A stretch of DNA of 24,407 nt from Octopus sinensis (taxonomy: Eukaryota), in NCBI RefSeq assembly GCF_006345805.1, contig NW_021836203.1:1-24407 (forward strand), in the 5' to 3' direction. How positions within the stretch are numbered: the first letter of the stretch is position 1; each line of letters starts with the position of its first letter. Below, one piece after another: positions 23,293 through 24,407 of this stretch. The position numbers and the translations under genes are program-made. The notes beneath the pieces are model-generated. The model was not told the origin of the DNA. It saw only the letters and a list, made by a program, of their open reading frames with translations, and did not search any database.

Positions 23293-24407
23293 GAACGTTT
23301 CCAAACAATCATACTTTGAGTCGATAGAGATTTGGTTGCTATTTCTAGCTGAAGGGTTGTGCAGTCTGGCGACGAGCTGGTTCCGCCCGACTTCAACTCG
23401 CTACGGTTGTTGTTGTTGTCTTTGCAATGTCCCGTTACATTTTCCGTCGATTGTTGATGACGTCGATTGTTGTTGTTGTTGTTGTTCGTATAGGTTTATG
23501 CTTTCATGGCCGACTTTGTTATTGTTGTTCTTCTTGTTGGTTTGCACACAATTCTTTTTGTTTTTTGTATACATGTTTCTATTAATATTATCATCATCGT
23601 CATTATCATTATTATTATTGTTATTATTCCCTTTTGTTTGTTGTTTACGAAAGACGGGTGTGATTGTTTTCGTTGTTGTTGTTGTAGTTGCCCCAATTAC
23701 TTTCTCCCGTGTCTCCCAGTGCTTGTAGTTATTGTTGGTGTTGTTGTCGTCGTGGTTCCTGACCCTTTTTGCTTTGTTTTATGGTGGTGGTGGTGGTGGT
23801 GGTGGTGGTAGTGGTGGTGGTGGTGTTACGATGTCATGAAATTTTGGTTGTCAGAATAGTTCAATGGAGACATCAGCGGGGCGGCCATTTGTGTATATAA
23901 ATTTGCCTTCGTGCGTGCGTGTGTATACGTGTGTGTACGTGTGTGTGCGTGCGTGCATGTGTATATGAGGAGGAGAAGGAGGAGGAGGAGGAGGAGGAGA
24001 AGGAAGTGTGAGGTGAAAAAGATATTAAAAAATTAGTGAAAATCAACAGCCAGTACAACAACAACAACAGAAATGACAAATAACGAAGTCTAAGAAACAA
24101 AACATGCTTCACAACCATCATCAACATCATCAACAGCAGCAGCAACAACAAGCGCAAATTCATCATTAGCAACAACAACAAAAACTGCAGCAGCAGCAAT
24201 TAGGACAAGCATCAGCAACAAAAACAACAGCAACAATAAAATAAATATATAAAACGAAAACAAACACAAACAAATGCAATGAATGCAGCATACACCAAAA
24301 ACAACAACAACAACAACAGCGGTTGCAGCAGCAGCAGCAACAACAGCACCAGCAGCAGCAAGTTACAGACCGAAATGTAGACGGAACGACATTTTAGCGA
24401 AAAATAA

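Overview
Eukaryotic, AT-rich, microsatellite-saturated genomic DNA. The tRNA-derived SINE families and the repeat landscape suggest a coleoid cephalopod, probably Octopus (inference from recalled repeat sequences, not a database search). The only host coding sequence I can support is one 121-nt internal exon (8549-8669, + strand) of a COE/EBF (collier/knot/Olf-1/unc-3) transcription factor gene, encoding the C-terminal end of the DNA-binding domain ([40 protein letters not shown]). I found no other COE exon, so the rest of the window appears to be two large introns (>8.5 kb and >15.7 kb). These contain several SINE families, two tandem 5'-truncated R4/Dong-like LINE remnants associated with (TAA)n, a ~1.1 kb foldback element with 150-200 bp inverted repeats, a 137-bp local duplication, two minisatellites and many microsatellites. 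Nearly all ORFs in the supplied track are translations of simple repeats. The most speculative lead is a candidate 35-nt frameshifting cryptic exon followed by an array of ten UGCAUG (RBFOX-type) motifs in the upstream intron.
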